NCBI GenBank assembly: GCA_026417875.1
Contig: JAOACK010000003.1
Span: 11,923 to 75,922, forward strand
Direction of reading: 5' to 3'
DNA length: 64,000 bases
Source of the DNA: Thermodesulfovibrionales bacterium
GTDB taxonomy: Bacteria > Nitrospirota > Thermodesulfovibrionia > Thermodesulfovibrionales > CALJEL01
Below the pieces are notes generated by a model. It did not search any database. It was given only the letters and a program-made list of their open reading frames with translations, and was not told where the DNA came from. The translations under genes and the position numbers were made by a program. Shown one piece after another: positions 1 to 9,735 of this stretch (within the stretch, counting starts at the first letter, position 1; each line of letters begins with the position of its first letter).

Positions 1-1681
1 TACAGCCAAGCTCATAGGCTAGGAGATAAACCTTTCTTACATCCTCAACTGTAGCAGAGTTAGGAAAATTCACTGTCTTTGATACAGCATTATCCACATA
101 CTTCTGGAATGCTGCCTGCATCCTTATGTGATCTTCTGGAGTTATGTCATGGGCTGTAAGGTATATCCGCTTTATATCTTCCGGGATGCTGGAAAAATTC
201 TGTATGCTGCCGGTAACAGATATTGCCTCCATAAGCTTTTCTGACCAGAATCCTCTTTCACGGGCTTCTTTTTCAAAATAAGGATTTACTTCTATAAGCT
301 TTGTTCCATCAAGGACGTTTCTTACAAAAGTAACAGCAAAGAGGGGCTCTATGCCTGGCGAACAGCCTGCAATTATAGAAAGGCTTCCTGTGGGTGCTAT
401 TGTAGTAAGGGTAGCATTCCTTAGACGGATCTTTCCATCATAAATACTTCCAGGATAATTGGGGAAAACTCCCCTTTCCTCGGCAAGCATAGAGCTGCAT
501 GCCCTAGCCTCTTTATGAATAAATCCCATTACCTTTTCTGCCAGTTCAAGGGCCCGTTTTGAATTGTAGGGTATTCTAAGCTGTATTAACATATCTGCCC
601 AGCCCATTACTCCAAGCCCTATCTTTCTGTTTGCCTTTGTGTTCTGCTCTATCTGGGGAAGAGGATATTTATTTACATCAATCACATTGTCAAGAAAATG
701 CACAGAAAGCCATGTGGTTTCTTTAAGCCTCTGCCAGTCAACCTCGGGTTTGCCATCATTCTTTACGAATTTTGCAAGGTTAATTGAACCGAGATTGCAT
801 GACTCATAAGGAAGAAGGGGCTGCTCACCGCAGGGATTTGTGGATTCAATGCTCCCTACATGGGGTGTGGGATTGGTCTGGTTAATTCTGTCAATGAATA
901 TTATACCGGGTTCACCATTAAGCCAGGCATGATGGACTATTCTGTCAAAAACCTCTCTTGCCCTTAGTTTCGAGACCACTTTTTTTGTTCTCGGATTTAT
1001 CAGCTCGTATTCCCTGTCTTCAAGTACAGCCTTCATAAACTCTTCTGTAATAGCAACAGAGATGTTGAAATTTGAAAATCTACCTTCTTTATCCTTACAG
1101 GTTATAAACTCCAGGATATCTGGATGGTCAATCCTTAATATTCCCATATTTGCACCCCTGCGGGTACCACCCTGCTTTACAGCCTCTGTTGCTGTATCAA
1201 AAACAGTCATAAAACTTACTGGGCCAGAGGATATGCCTTTAGTTGAACCGACAACATCTCCCTTTGGCCTGAGCCTTGAAAAACTGAAACCTGTGCCGCC
1301 ACCTGTTTTATGAATAATTGCTGCAGCCTTAACAGCATCAAATATACTTTCCATTGAATCCTCAACAGGTATGACAAAACAGGCACTGAGCTGTCCCAGG
1401 GGTTTACCTGCATTCATCAGAGTGGGAGAATTAGGAAGAAAAGAAAAGCTCGTCATTAATTTATAAAATCTATATGCAAGCTCCTCCACATCTTCAGGAG
1501 ATTTTCCATAAAGGAGTTCTGCAGAGGCTATATGTTTTGCAACCCTCCAGAAAAGCTCCTCTGGTGTCTCTACAATCTGACCCTCTTCGTTTCGTGTCAG
1601 GTATCTCTTTTCTAGGACTGTAAGGGCATTCTTTGAAAGCTCTACAGAAGATAGAATAGATAAATCCTTATGTAGTGACAT
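1..1681 (-). CDS. nrdJ: Ribonucleotide reductase, class II (adenosylcobalamin-dependent). N-terminal ~560 aa; the C-terminus lies beyond the window edge
   Basis: Absent from the ORF track because it runs off the edge. Manual translation from the ATG at 1681-1679 gives [28 protein letters not shown]..., [14 protein letters not shown] (c.1400-1450) and [21 protein letters not shown] (c.790-850). The last full codon in the window is 4-2 (...[10 protein letters not shown]). I spot-translated only these stretches, so continuous openness of the frame is assumed, not verified. Confidence 0.8.
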   Translation of the reverse strand, partial: MSLHKDLSILSSVELSKNALTVLEKRYLTRNEEGQIVETPEELFWRVAKHIASAELLYGKSPEDVEELAYRFYKLMTSFSFLPNSPTLMNAGKPLGQLSACFVIPVEDSMESIFDAVKAAAIIHKTGGGTGFSFSRLRPKGDVVGSTKGISSGPVSFMTVFDTATEAVKQGGTRRGANMGILRIDHPDILEFITCKDKEGRFSNFNISVAITEEFMKAVLEDREYELINPRTKKVVSKLRAREVFDRIVHHAWLNGEPGIIFIDRINQTNPTPHVGSIESTNPCGEQPLLPYESCNLGSINLAKFVKNDGKPEVDWQRLKETTWLSVHFLDNVIDVNKYPLPQIEQNTKANRKIGLGVMGWADMLIQLRIPYNSKRALELAEKVMGFIHKEARACSSMLAEERGVFPNYPGSIYDGKIRLRNATLTTIAPTGSLSIIAGCSPGIEPLFAVTFVRNVLDGTKLIEVNPYFEKEARERGFWSEKLMEAISVTGSIQNFSSIPEDIKRIYLTAHDITPEDHIRMQAAFQKYVDNAVSKTVNFPNSATVEDVRKVYLLAYELGC

Positions 1682-1774
1682 ACATCCTCCTTGTTTTAAT
1701 TTTTTTATGAAATGATTTCGTTTTTTTATAGCATATAACCATTATCTTGTCAAATTAAATTTTTTAATAAGATT

Positions 1775-1821
1775 ATTCAATATATAGTGTTAATTATTAA
1801 ACTTGTATCTATATATTGTAG
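1775..1821. promoter_or_regulatory. Two candidate NrdR boxes upstream of nrdJ
   Basis: ATTCAATATATAGTGT (1775-1790) matches the remembered acaCwAtATaTwGtgt palindrome at 14/16. TATCTATATATTGTAG (1806-1821) matches at 11/16. The centres are 31 bp apart, which is the usual tandem spacing. They lie 95-140 bp upstream of the nrdJ ATG. Confidence 0.45.
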
Positions 1822-1898
1822 ATTTAAAACTCTTTTAATTAAAATTTCAAAAAACTGTACACTTGACAAAGGATGGTTTTATAAGTTATAAAACACCC

Positions 1899-2270
1899 AT
1901 GCCTGGAACATATATGCCGGAGGAATATCTTCCTGTACTGGTATTCATATTGCTGGCATCAGCAACGGCTATTGGAATTCTTATATTTGCCTCATTGCTT
2001 AGACCAAGTAGACCCTATCCTGAAAAACTCATGCCCTATGAATCAGGAATTACACCTGTTGGAGAGCCGAGATATAGATTTTCTGTAAGGTTTTACATCA
2101 TTGCAATGCTCTTTGTTATCTTTGATGTTGAGGCAATCTTCCTTTACCCCTGGGCTATTGTATTTGATCAACTCGGTCTCTTTGCTTTTATTGAAATGGT
2201 AATTTTTATTGTAATCCTTCTTGTGGGTTATCTTTATGCCTGGAAAAAGGAGGCTTTCATATGGCAATAA
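1899..2270 (+). CDS. nuoA: NADH-quinone oxidoreductase subunit A
   Basis: Three-TM small subunit with YESGI..P and [12 protein letters not shown] motifs, first gene of the nuo cluster. The start is uncertain: the maximal ORF uses TTG 1863, and in-frame ATGs lie at 1899 and 1914. Confidence 0.85.
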   Translation: MPGTYMPEEYLPVLVFILLASATAIGILIFASLLRPSRPYPEKLMPYESGITPVGEPRYRFSVRFYIIAMLFVIFDVEAIFLYPWAIVFDQLGLFAFIEMVIFIVILLVGYLYAWKKEAFIWQ

Positions 2271-2788
2271 TAGTTGATACAGCAGTTGACCTTGTTGAGG
2301 TTGAAGAAGGAATAAAGATAATCCCTGGAGCAAATACTATAATCACCACTCTTGATAAAATTATTAACTGGGGCAGGGCATCTTCTCTATGGCCTGTAAC
2401 ATTTGGCCTTGCATGCTGCGCCATTGAAATGATGACCACTGGTTCAAGTCATTACGATGTAGATAGGTTCGGTGTTATATTCAGGGGTTCACCAAGACAG
2501 GCAGACTTCATGATTGTTGCTGGCACTGTTACAAAGAAGATGGCTCCTGTTGTAAGAAGGGTTTATGACCAGATGCCTGAACCAAGATATGTTATAGCAA
2601 TGGGAAGCTGTGCCTGTTCTGGGGGTATTTATAATACTTATTCTGTTGTTCAGGGATGTGATAGCTTTCTTCCAGTGGATGTTTATGTTCCTGGCTGTCC
2701 ACCAAGGCCAGAGGCCCTTATGCATGGAATTCTTAAGCTTCAGGAAAAGATTAAAAAGGAGCACATGAGATGGAGCCCCTTCAGATAG
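2261..2788 (+). CDS. nuoB: NADH-quinone oxidoreductase subunit B (N2 cluster)
   Basis: [17 protein letters not shown] and VPGCPPRPE cysteine motifs. Overlaps the nuoA stop. Confidence 0.95.
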   Translation: MAIIVDTAVDLVEVEEGIKIIPGANTIITTLDKIINWGRASSLWPVTFGLACCAIEMMTTGSSHYDVDRFGVIFRGSPRQADFMIVAGTVTKKMAPVVRRVYDQMPEPRYVIAMGSCACSGGIYNTYSVVQGCDSFLPVDVYVPGCPPRPEALMHGILKLQEKIKKEHMRWSPFR

Positions 2789-3318
2789 CAGAAAGGCTTA
2801 AAGAAAGATTTCCCTCCGATGTAAAAGAAATAACAGAATTCAGGGAGCAGGTCTCTGTTATTGTTAAAAAGGACAATATAATTGAGCTAATCCGTTTTCT
2901 TAAAGAAGAGCCCGATATTCAGATGGATTATCTCAGGGACCTTACAGCAGTGGACTGGCTCGGCAAAAAGATTCCAAGATTTGAGGTTGTCTATCATCTT
3001 TATTCAATAAAATTCAGACATATGTTGAGGCTGAAGGCAGAGGTCTCAGAAGATGACCCGGTAATAGACTCAGTTGTTCCTCTTTATGCAGGTGCGAACT
3101 GGCATGAGAGAGAATGTTATGACATGTTTGGTATAACCTTCAGGGGGCATCCAGATTTAAGAAGGATCCTTCTTCCGGAAGACTGGGAAGGTTATCCTCT
3201 CAGGAAGGATTATCCCCTTCGTGGTCATACTGGAGAAAAGGAGTGGTCAGGTTTTAAAGAGGTTCTCAAGATAGCTCAGAAAAACAGGAAATATGACTGG
3301 TATGGAGAACAAAAATGA
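2770..3318 (+). CDS. nuoC: NADH-quinone oxidoreductase subunit C
   Basis: [24 protein letters not shown] motif. ATGA overlap with nuoD. Confidence 0.9.
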   Translation: MEPLQIAERLKERFPSDVKEITEFREQVSVIVKKDNIIELIRFLKEEPDIQMDYLRDLTAVDWLGKKIPRFEVVYHLYSIKFRHMLRLKAEVSEDDPVIDSVVPLYAGANWHERECYDMFGITFRGHPDLRRILLPEDWEGYPLRKDYPLRGHTGEKEWSGFKEVLKIAQKNRKYDWYGEQK

Positions 3319-4536
3319 ATGCCGAGATTAATGAACTGAAAGAAGATATTCAAACAGGTCTTAGAACAAAGGAACTCATTCTCAGCATGGGACCCCAGCA
3401 TCCATCTACCCATGGTGTGCTGAGACTTGTACTTGAGCTTGATGGTGAGACAGTTGTTAAATGCACACCCTATGTGGGTTATCTTCACAGGGGTACTGAG
3501 AAATTATGTGAACACAGAACCTATCTGAATGCCCTTCCTCTAAGTGACAGGCTTGATTATATAGTATCCATGTCAAACAATGTGGGTTATGTGCTTGCTG
3601 TTGAAAGACTATTTGGAATAGAAGCACCGCCCAGGGCAAAATACATAAGAACCATAGTTGCTGAGATGGCAAGGATTTCAGGTCATATCTTATGGATAGC
3701 AACCCATGCCCTTGACCTTGGAGCAATGACAGTATTTTCTTTATTCCTTTAGAGAAAGGGAATGGATACTTGACCTCTTTGAACATCTCTGCGGTGCAAG
3801 GCTCACAACAAGTTATCCACGGATTGGTGGTGTTAGAAATGATGTTACAGAGGAATTTCTTGATAGCCTCTATCAGTTTACAGAGGAGTTTCCTTCAAGG
3901 ATAGATGAATACGAGACACTCATTGACCAGAACAGGATATGGCTCCAGAGGACAAAGGGTATAGGAGTTATTTCTGCTCAGGAGGCAATAAACTGGGGTC
4001 TTACAGGTCCTGTGCTCAGAGGTTCAGGAGTACCCTATGATGTGAGGAAATTCGCTCCCTATGACGCCTATCCATGGGTGGATTTTGAGGTACCGGTAGG
4101 AAAGAATGGAGATGTCTATGATCGTTATAAAGTCAGGATGCAGGAGCTGAGACAGTCAAACAGGATAATTAAACAATGTATAGAAAAAATGCCGAAGGGC
4201 CCTATAATGGCACCTGATGCACCTAAGTTTACCCTTCCACCAAAAGAAAGGATTATGTTAGATATGGAATCCCTTATTCACCATTTTGTCCTAATAACAA
4301 AGGGGCCAATAGCTGCTCCAGAAGGTGAAATTTATTCAGCCATAGAGGCTCCAAAGGGAGAGCTCGGATTTTATATTGTAAGCGATGGCACGGGTAAGCC
4401 CTATAGACTGAGGCTCAGATCACCTTCTTTTGTACATGCATCGGTGCTTCCAAGGCTCTGTGAGGGCCATCTTGTTGCTGATGTGATTGCAAATATTGGA
4501 ACAATTGATATTGTTCTTGGAGAATGCGATAGATAA
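3315..4536 (+). pseudogene. nuoD: NADH-quinone oxidoreductase subunit D, interrupted by a one-base frame change
   Basis: Frame A (3315-3752) reads [14 protein letters not shown]...[15 protein letters not shown]. The +1 frame is open from 3730 and reads [34 protein letters not shown]... through to DIVLGECDR* at 4536. Skipping one T of the tttt run at 3735-3738 gives a contiguous 406-aa NuoD. Confidence 0.9.
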
Positions 4537-5151
4537 TTATATAATATAAACCTGAAGCTCTAGGCATTATCTTGAGTTTCTTAAAAATACAGAGTTATAA
4601 AAGAAACAATCTCTGCAGGTAATTTTAAACCTTAATGTTTAAAGCCTCCTTTAAGAAAAAAATCAGAAAAAAATAATCTCTCCATAAAAAGTTCTTTATC
4701 CTGCAAAAATATAACTCCTGTAATGCACATAATGAAGTATATAAAGAAAGAGATGGTTATATCTCTGATCAGGGTAATATTACAGGTAACAGGTCTCGGT
4801 CCTTTTTTATTAGATAGGTGAGCTTTTTACTGAATGTATATTTGGCATAAAGAAAGATAGATATTATAAATAAGCTTCCTCCGGACTAAGGATGTCTTTC
4901 AAATGAAAACAGGAAGATATCTCATGAATACCATTGATTGACTTCGTATCACCTTAGAAAACAAGATGGTTACTGGGTATATCAATCCATTACATTCTAT
5001 TGAGGATATATGAAGAGAGAGATAGTTCTGTTTCATTTCCTATCAAAAAATCAGTATTGAATATATTATAAAAGGCACTATAAGACAAAAGACCTTTCAT
5101 AAAGGGATAAATTTAATACCTGAAGACTAAAAAGAGCCTGAAAATAACAGT

Positions 5152-5182
5152 TGAAAAATCCCCCTTGCTTTCTGCTACAATT
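5152..5182 (+). promoter_or_regulatory. Candidate internal sigma70-type promoter for nuoH-N
   Basis: TTGAAA (5152-5157), 19 nt spacer, TACAAT (5177-5182). The spacer is long and the region is AT-rich, so this is weak evidence. Confidence 0.2.
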
Positions 5183-5242
5183 AGCAGGTATTCTAAAGCC
5201 CTGAGTTTAATCCTTTAGAGGGGCTACTATAGAATGGTACAC

Positions 5243-5264
5243 CGGTCAGAAAATTTTCTGACCG
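5243..5264. promoter_or_regulatory. Perfect 22-bp palindrome (candidate operator or 5' UTR hairpin) just upstream of the nuoH SD
   Basis: CGGTCAGAAAATTTTCTGACCG equals its own reverse complement. It is followed by the SD AAAGGAGGAAGG and the ATG at 5297. Confidence 0.4.
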
Positions 5265-5296
5265 CTGTTCTCATCCATAAAAAGGAGGAAGGAATT

Positions 5297-6322
5297 ATGT
5301 TATCCTTCATCAATGAGCCTGCTGTAACAAACCTTGTTCTTATTTTTCTGAAATCCATAATACTTGTTTCTGTTGCCATGTTTCATGTTGCCTATGCAAC
5401 CTATTTTGAAAGAAAGGTCATAGGCCATATGCAGGTAAGGATGGGACCCATGAGGGTAGGACCTCATGGACTGTTACAGCCCGTTGCTGATATGGTAAAG
5501 CTCCTTTTTAAGGAAGATATTATTCCGCAGCAGGCTGACAGAACAGTATTTTATTTTGCACCGGTTATAGCATTTGTGGCTGCTATAAGCTCTCTCTCTG
5601 TGATTCCTTTTTATACAGACTGGTATGTGGCAAATATAAATATCGGGCTTCTATTTATACTTGCAATGTCTTCCCTGGGTGCCTATGGCATTGTTATGGC
5701 AGGATGGGCATCAAATTCAAAATATGCCTTTCTTGGAGGCCTGAGGTCATCTGCACAGGTCTTGAGCTACGAGATCGCCATGGGGTTGAGTCTTGTAGGA
5801 GTAATGATAATGGCAGGTTCTTTAAATCTAAAAGAAATAGTAGAGGCTCAGGCTAAACTACCCTATGGCATGTTTGCCATTCCCCAGATACTTGGTCTCT
5901 TTGTATTTCTTGTAGCAGCCTTTGCAGAGACAAACAGGGCACCCTTTGACCTTCCAGAGGCTGAAAGCGAACTTGTTGCTGGATATTTTGCAGAATACTC
6001 AGGTTTCAGATTTGCCCTCTTTTATGCTGGTGAGTATGTTGCAATGATAGTTATGTCTTCTCTGCTTACAGTATGCTATTTCGGAGGATGGACATTACCT
6101 CCTCTGCTTTTAAATGTCTTTCCTTTTCTGGAATTCATACCTGGTATAGTATGGTTTGTTCTGAAGGTTTATTTCTTTATCTTTCTCTATTACTGGATAA
6201 GGGCAACACTTCCAAGATACAGGTATGATCAGCTAATGTCAATAGGATGGAAGCTTCTGATCCCTCTGAGCCTTTTAAATATCTTTATAACTGGCACTCT
6301 GAAGTTACTCAAAGTCTTTTAG
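5297..6322 (+). CDS. nuoH: NADH-quinone oxidoreductase subunit H
   Basis: FERKVIGHMQVRMGPMRVGPHGLLQPVADMVKLLFKED and the polytopic membrane profile. I chose ATG 5297 because a strong SD (AAAGGAGG) sits 8 nt upstream. The ORF-track start at 5234 would include the palindrome. Confidence 0.92.
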   Translation: MLSFINEPAVTNLVLIFLKSIILVSVAMFHVAYATYFERKVIGHMQVRMGPMRVGPHGLLQPVADMVKLLFKEDIIPQQADRTVFYFAPVIAFVAAISSLSVIPFYTDWYVANINIGLLFILAMSSLGAYGIVMAGWASNSKYAFLGGLRSSAQVLSYEIAMGLSLVGVMIMAGSLNLKEIVEAQAKLPYGMFAIPQILGLFVFLVAAFAETNRAPFDLPEAESELVAGYFAEYSGFRFALFYAGEYVAMIVMSSLLTVCYFGGWTLPPLLLNVFPFLEFIPGIVWFVLKVYFFIFLYYWIRATLPRYRYDQLMSIGWKLLIPLSLLNIFITGTLKLLKVF

Positions 6323-6331
6323 GAGGATTTT

Positions 6332-6943
6332 ATGCATGTTAAAGAAATTATTAAAAAGGTCTTATTCATAGAGATCATTAAAGGCATGGCTCTCACCCTT
6401 AGCAGGCTTTTTATTAAACCTGTAACAAGACAGTACCCTGAGGAAAAAAGACCAGCCCTTCCAGGTTTCAGAGGACTGCATGCTCTTCCAAGAAGACCCG
6501 ATGGTACTGCCAGGTGTGTTGGTTGCGGACTCTGTGCAGCAGTCTGTCCAGCAGAATGTATACATGTTTATACAACAGAAGGTCCTGAACACCAGAAGAT
6601 TGTTGTTGGATATGAGATAGAGGTTTTAAGGTGTGTTTACTGTGCCCTCTGTGTTGAGGCCTGCCCCTTTCAGGCAGTTGTCCTTACAGAGCACTATGAA
6701 TATTCAAACTATTCACGGGATGATTTTTACATGACCATGGACAGACTTCTTGAAAACTGGGATAAATATATGGCATCAAAAGGAGAGGAGTACTTTAAAA
6801 AATTCTGGCATCCTATTGAGAATGATTTCAGGGAATATGAAGGTCAGCCTGTCTTTGATCCTGAGAGATATAAGAAGAGAAAGGGGAAAATAAGGGATAT
6901 AAGAGGAGAATGGCTGATTTATAAAGGAAACGGGAGGAAGTAA
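6332..6943 (+). CDS. nuoI: NADH-quinone oxidoreductase subunit I (2x[4Fe-4S]) with an extended basic C-terminal tail
   Basis: CVGCGLCAAVCP and CVYCALCVEACP motifs. 91 residues follow the second motif, ending ERYKKRKGKIRDIRGEWLIYKGNGRK. Confidence 0.92.
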   Translation: MHVKEIIKKVLFIEIIKGMALTLSRLFIKPVTRQYPEEKRPALPGFRGLHALPRRPDGTARCVGCGLCAAVCPAECIHVYTTEGPEHQKIVVGYEIEVLRCVYCALCVEACPFQAVVLTEHYEYSNYSRDDFYMTMDRLLENWDKYMASKGEEYFKKFWHPIENDFREYEGQPVFDPERYKKRKGKIRDIRGEWLIYKGNGRK

Positions 6944-7446
6944 TGATTCAGATATTTTTTGCCTACCTCGCCATAGCAATAATCGGTTTATCAATCTTTA
7001 TAATTACAAGAAAGAATCCTGTACACAGTGTCCTGGGAATGCTCTTTATGTTTATCCATGTGGGCGCACTTTATCTTTTTCTCAATGCCGAATTCCTTGC
7101 TGCTGTACAGGTGATAGTTTATGCTGGTGCAATACTTGTTCTTTTCCTCTTTGCAATAATGATATTGAATATAAAAGAGGAATTGAAGACAGAGCTTTTT
7201 ATAGGTTCATGGGTAATGGCAATACCTGTTACAGCAGGACTTGCGATAATGCTGTTACTTGGCCTAAGGACCATTAAACCAGGATATACAGGATCTCATT
7301 CAATTGAGTATATAAAAACAATGACCCATACAAAGGCCTTTGGTAAGGAACTCTTCATGAATTATCTTCTACCATTTGAGTTAGTATCGATAATTCTCCT
7401 TGTTGCAATAGTAGGAGCTATAGTGCTTTCAAAGAAGAGGTTATAG
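6943..7446 (+). CDS. nuoJ: NADH-quinone oxidoreductase subunit J
   Basis: Five-TM protein at the conserved position between nuoI and nuoK. ATGA-type overlap with nuoI. Confidence 0.88.
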   Translation: MIQIFFAYLAIAIIGLSIFIITRKNPVHSVLGMLFMFIHVGALYLFLNAEFLAAVQVIVYAGAILVLFLFAIMILNIKEELKTELFIGSWVMAIPVTAGLAIMLLLGLRTIKPGYTGSHSIEYIKTMTHTKAFGKELFMNYLLPFELVSIILLVAIVGAIVLSKKRL

Positions 7447-7456
7447 GAGGTTATAG

Positions 7457-7759
7457 ATGGTTGAATTGAAATGGTACATATGGCTGAGCCTCGCAGTCTT
7501 TACAATAGGTATGCTTGGCTTCCTTACAAGGAGGAATATCATCCTAATATTCATGTCCATCGAACTTATGCTAAATGCAGTGAATATCAACCTTGTTGCC
7601 ATTAGCCATTACATGCAGGATATTCGTGGACAGGTACTTACCCTCTTTGTTATTGCTGTGGCTGCTGCAGAGGCTGCTGTAGGTCTTGCAATACTGATCG
7701 CCCTTTTCAGAACAAAGGCAGCTGGCCATATTGATCAGGCCACTGAACTCAAGGGATAG
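7457..7759 (+). CDS. nuoK: NADH-quinone oxidoreductase subunit K
   Basis: 100 aa, three TM helices, with the membrane-embedded glutamates of the ...[10 protein letters not shown]... and [12 protein letters not shown] motifs. Confidence 0.9.
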   Translation: MVELKWYIWLSLAVFTIGMLGFLTRRNIILIFMSIELMLNAVNINLVAISHYMQDIRGQVLTLFVIAVAAAEAAVGLAILIALFRTKAAGHIDQATELKG

Positions 7760-7767
7760 GAGGCAAG

Positions 7768-9711
7768 ATGACAAAGATTGCATTAATACCCTTTTTACCG
7801 CTCCTTGGTTTCTTCATAAACATACTTCTGGGCAGGAAATTCCTGAAAGATAGGGCTCATCTGGTATCTGTACCCCTTGTTGGTATTTCAATGATACTTG
7901 CAATTATGACAGTTCTTGAGGTTACCAGTGGCAATGTTATAAATAAAGATCTTTACACATGGGTTGTCTCTGGAGATTTTAAGGTATCTGTCGGTTTCCT
8001 GATTGACCAGCTCACTGCTGTCATGCTTGTTGTTGTTACGGTTGTGAGTTTTCTTGTCCACGTCTATTCCATAGGCTACATGCACGGTGACCCCGGATTC
8101 TACAGATTCTTTGCCTATCTCAATCTCTTTACGTTCTCTATGCTCATGCTCATTATGTCAAATAATTTTCTTCAGCTTTATTTTGGATGGGAGGCTGTTG
8201 GACTCTGTTCTTATCTCCTAATAGGATACTGGTATGAAAAGAAATCAGCCTCTGATGCTGGAAAGAAGGCCTTTATAGTAAATAGATTCGGAGACTTCGG
8301 TTTTGGTCTAGGTGTTATTCTGATCTTCCTCACATTCGGGACTCTACATTATGCACCAGTATTTGAGAATGTATCTTCAATTGCTGAGAAATCTATTACT
8401 CTTTTTGGCCAGGAGATCCACCTTATAACTCTTATCGCCCTTCTTCTTTTCTGTGGAGCAATCGGAAAATCTGCCCAGATACCCCTTCATGTGTGGCTTC
8501 CTGATGCAATGGAAGGTCCCACACCTGTGAGTGCCCTTATCCATGCAGCAACAATGGTTACTGCAGGTGTATTCATGGTGGCTAGGTGCAATCCCATATT
8601 TAATCTCTCAGAGACTGCAATGATGGTTGTTGCTATTACAGGTGCAGTAACAGCTCTTTTTGCAGCAACCATAGGACTTGTCCAGAATGATATTAAAAGA
8701 ATTATTGCCTATTCAACAGTAAGCCAGCTCGGTTATATGTTCCTTGCCTGCGGAGTGGGTGCCTATGGAGCAGGTATATTTCACCTCTATACCCATGCCT
8801 TTTTCAAGGCCCTGCTCTTCCTGGGTGCAGGAAGTGTTATGCATGCAATGGCAGGTGAGCTTGACATATGGAAGATGGGTGGTCTGAAGAATAAACTAAG
8901 GATCACCTATATAACTATGCTTCTTGCCTCATTAAGTATATCAGGGATACCGGGATTTGCAGGATTCTTCAGCAAAGATGAGATACTTTACCAGGCCTAT
9001 CTACATGGAGAGATTGGGAAGATCCTATGGTTCATAGGAACAATCACTGCCCTTCTTACAGCCTTTTATTCCTTCAGGATAATTGCAGTCGCCTTTCATG
9101 GAAGATTCAGGGGAACTCATGAGCAGGAACACCATCTTCATGAATCACCTCCTGTTATGACCATACCACTGATTCTGCTAGCAATAGGTGCTGTCGGAGC
9201 AGGATGGATAGGGATACCACCTCTTATTGGAGAGGCCTTGGGACTTCATGGCACTGCCTGGTTTTATGAATTCCTTGCACCGGTACTCGGCCATCCCCAT
9301 TCAGAGGGAAGTCATTCTGCTGAGCTCATGGTTATGACACTGAGCATAATAGTAGGAATTGGAGGAATAGCACTTGCCTTTTATCTATATTCAGATAATG
9401 GAGAGCGGGCAAAGGCACTCCTGAAAAGGCCGCTTCTTAAGAAGATTTATACCATGCTATGGAACAAATATTATGTTGATGAGTTCTATCAGTTAATTAT
9501 TGTGAGACCCACACTATGGGTGGCAAGGACTGTAGTTGAGGCTGTAACTGATATAGGAATCATTGAAGCAGTGGTTAATGGTGTTCCTTCTATGATAGGA
9601 AGACTATCTACAAAATTAAGAGCTATACAGACAGGGCTTGTTAATCACTATGCAATCTTCATGGTTGGAGCAATGTTCTTTATATTAGCATTTATACTCA
9701 TTGCAAGGTAA
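7768..9711 (+). CDS. nuoL: NADH-quinone oxidoreductase subunit L
   Basis: 647-aa antiporter-like subunit with WLPDAMEGPTPVSALIHAATMVTAG and a long C-terminal extension. Confidence 0.93.
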   Translation: MTKIALIPFLPLLGFFINILLGRKFLKDRAHLVSVPLVGISMILAIMTVLEVTSGNVINKDLYTWVVSGDFKVSVGFLIDQLTAVMLVVVTVVSFLVHVYSIGYMHGDPGFYRFFAYLNLFTFSMLMLIMSNNFLQLYFGWEAVGLCSYLLIGYWYEKKSASDAGKKAFIVNRFGDFGFGLGVILIFLTFGTLHYAPVFENVSSIAEKSITLFGQEIHLITLIALLLFCGAIGKSAQIPLHVWLPDAMEGPTPVSALIHAATMVTAGVFMVARCNPIFNLSETAMMVVAITGAVTALFAATIGLVQNDIKRIIAYSTVSQLGYMFLACGVGAYGAGIFHLYTHAFFKALLFLGAGSVMHAMAGELDIWKMGGLKNKLRITYITMLLASLSISGIPGFAGFFSKDEILYQAYLHGEIGKILWFIGTITALLTAFYSFRIIAVAFHGRFRGTHEQEHHLHESPPVMTIPLILLAIGAVGAGWIGIPPLIGEALGLHGTAWFYEFLAPVLGHPHSEGSHSAELMVMTLSIIVGIGGIALAFYLYSDNGERAKALLKRPLLKKIYTMLWNKYYVDEFYQLIIVRPTLWVARTVVEAVTDIGIIEAVVNGVPSMIGRLSTKLRAIQTGLVNHYAIFMVGAMFFILAFILIAR

Positions 9712-9735
9712 AAGTAATAGTTAGGGAGGTACAGG

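Noticed and set aside
1682-1862. Cobalamin riboswitch upstream of the B12-dependent RNR
   Set aside because: The leader is short and extremely AT-rich, and I found no B12-box-like GC-rich core. NrdR-type boxes fit better.
5234-5296. N-terminal extension of nuoH proposed by the ORF track (MVHRSENFLTAVLIHKKEEGI)
   Set aside because: It would translate through the 22-bp palindrome and the AAAGGAGG SD that serves ATG 5297. NuoH homologues start near MLSFINE.
4537-5296. tRNA, CRISPR repeats, IS ends, degenerate nuoEFG or small protein genes in the long nuoD-nuoH spacer
   Set aside because: No T-loop/cloverleaf-like segment, no regularly spaced repeats and no terminal inverted repeats. The ORFs are at most 32 codons. 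The best one (5011-5061, 16 aa) has its GAGGA only 3 nt from the ATG. Remnants of nuoEFG cannot be judged by eye and need tblastn.
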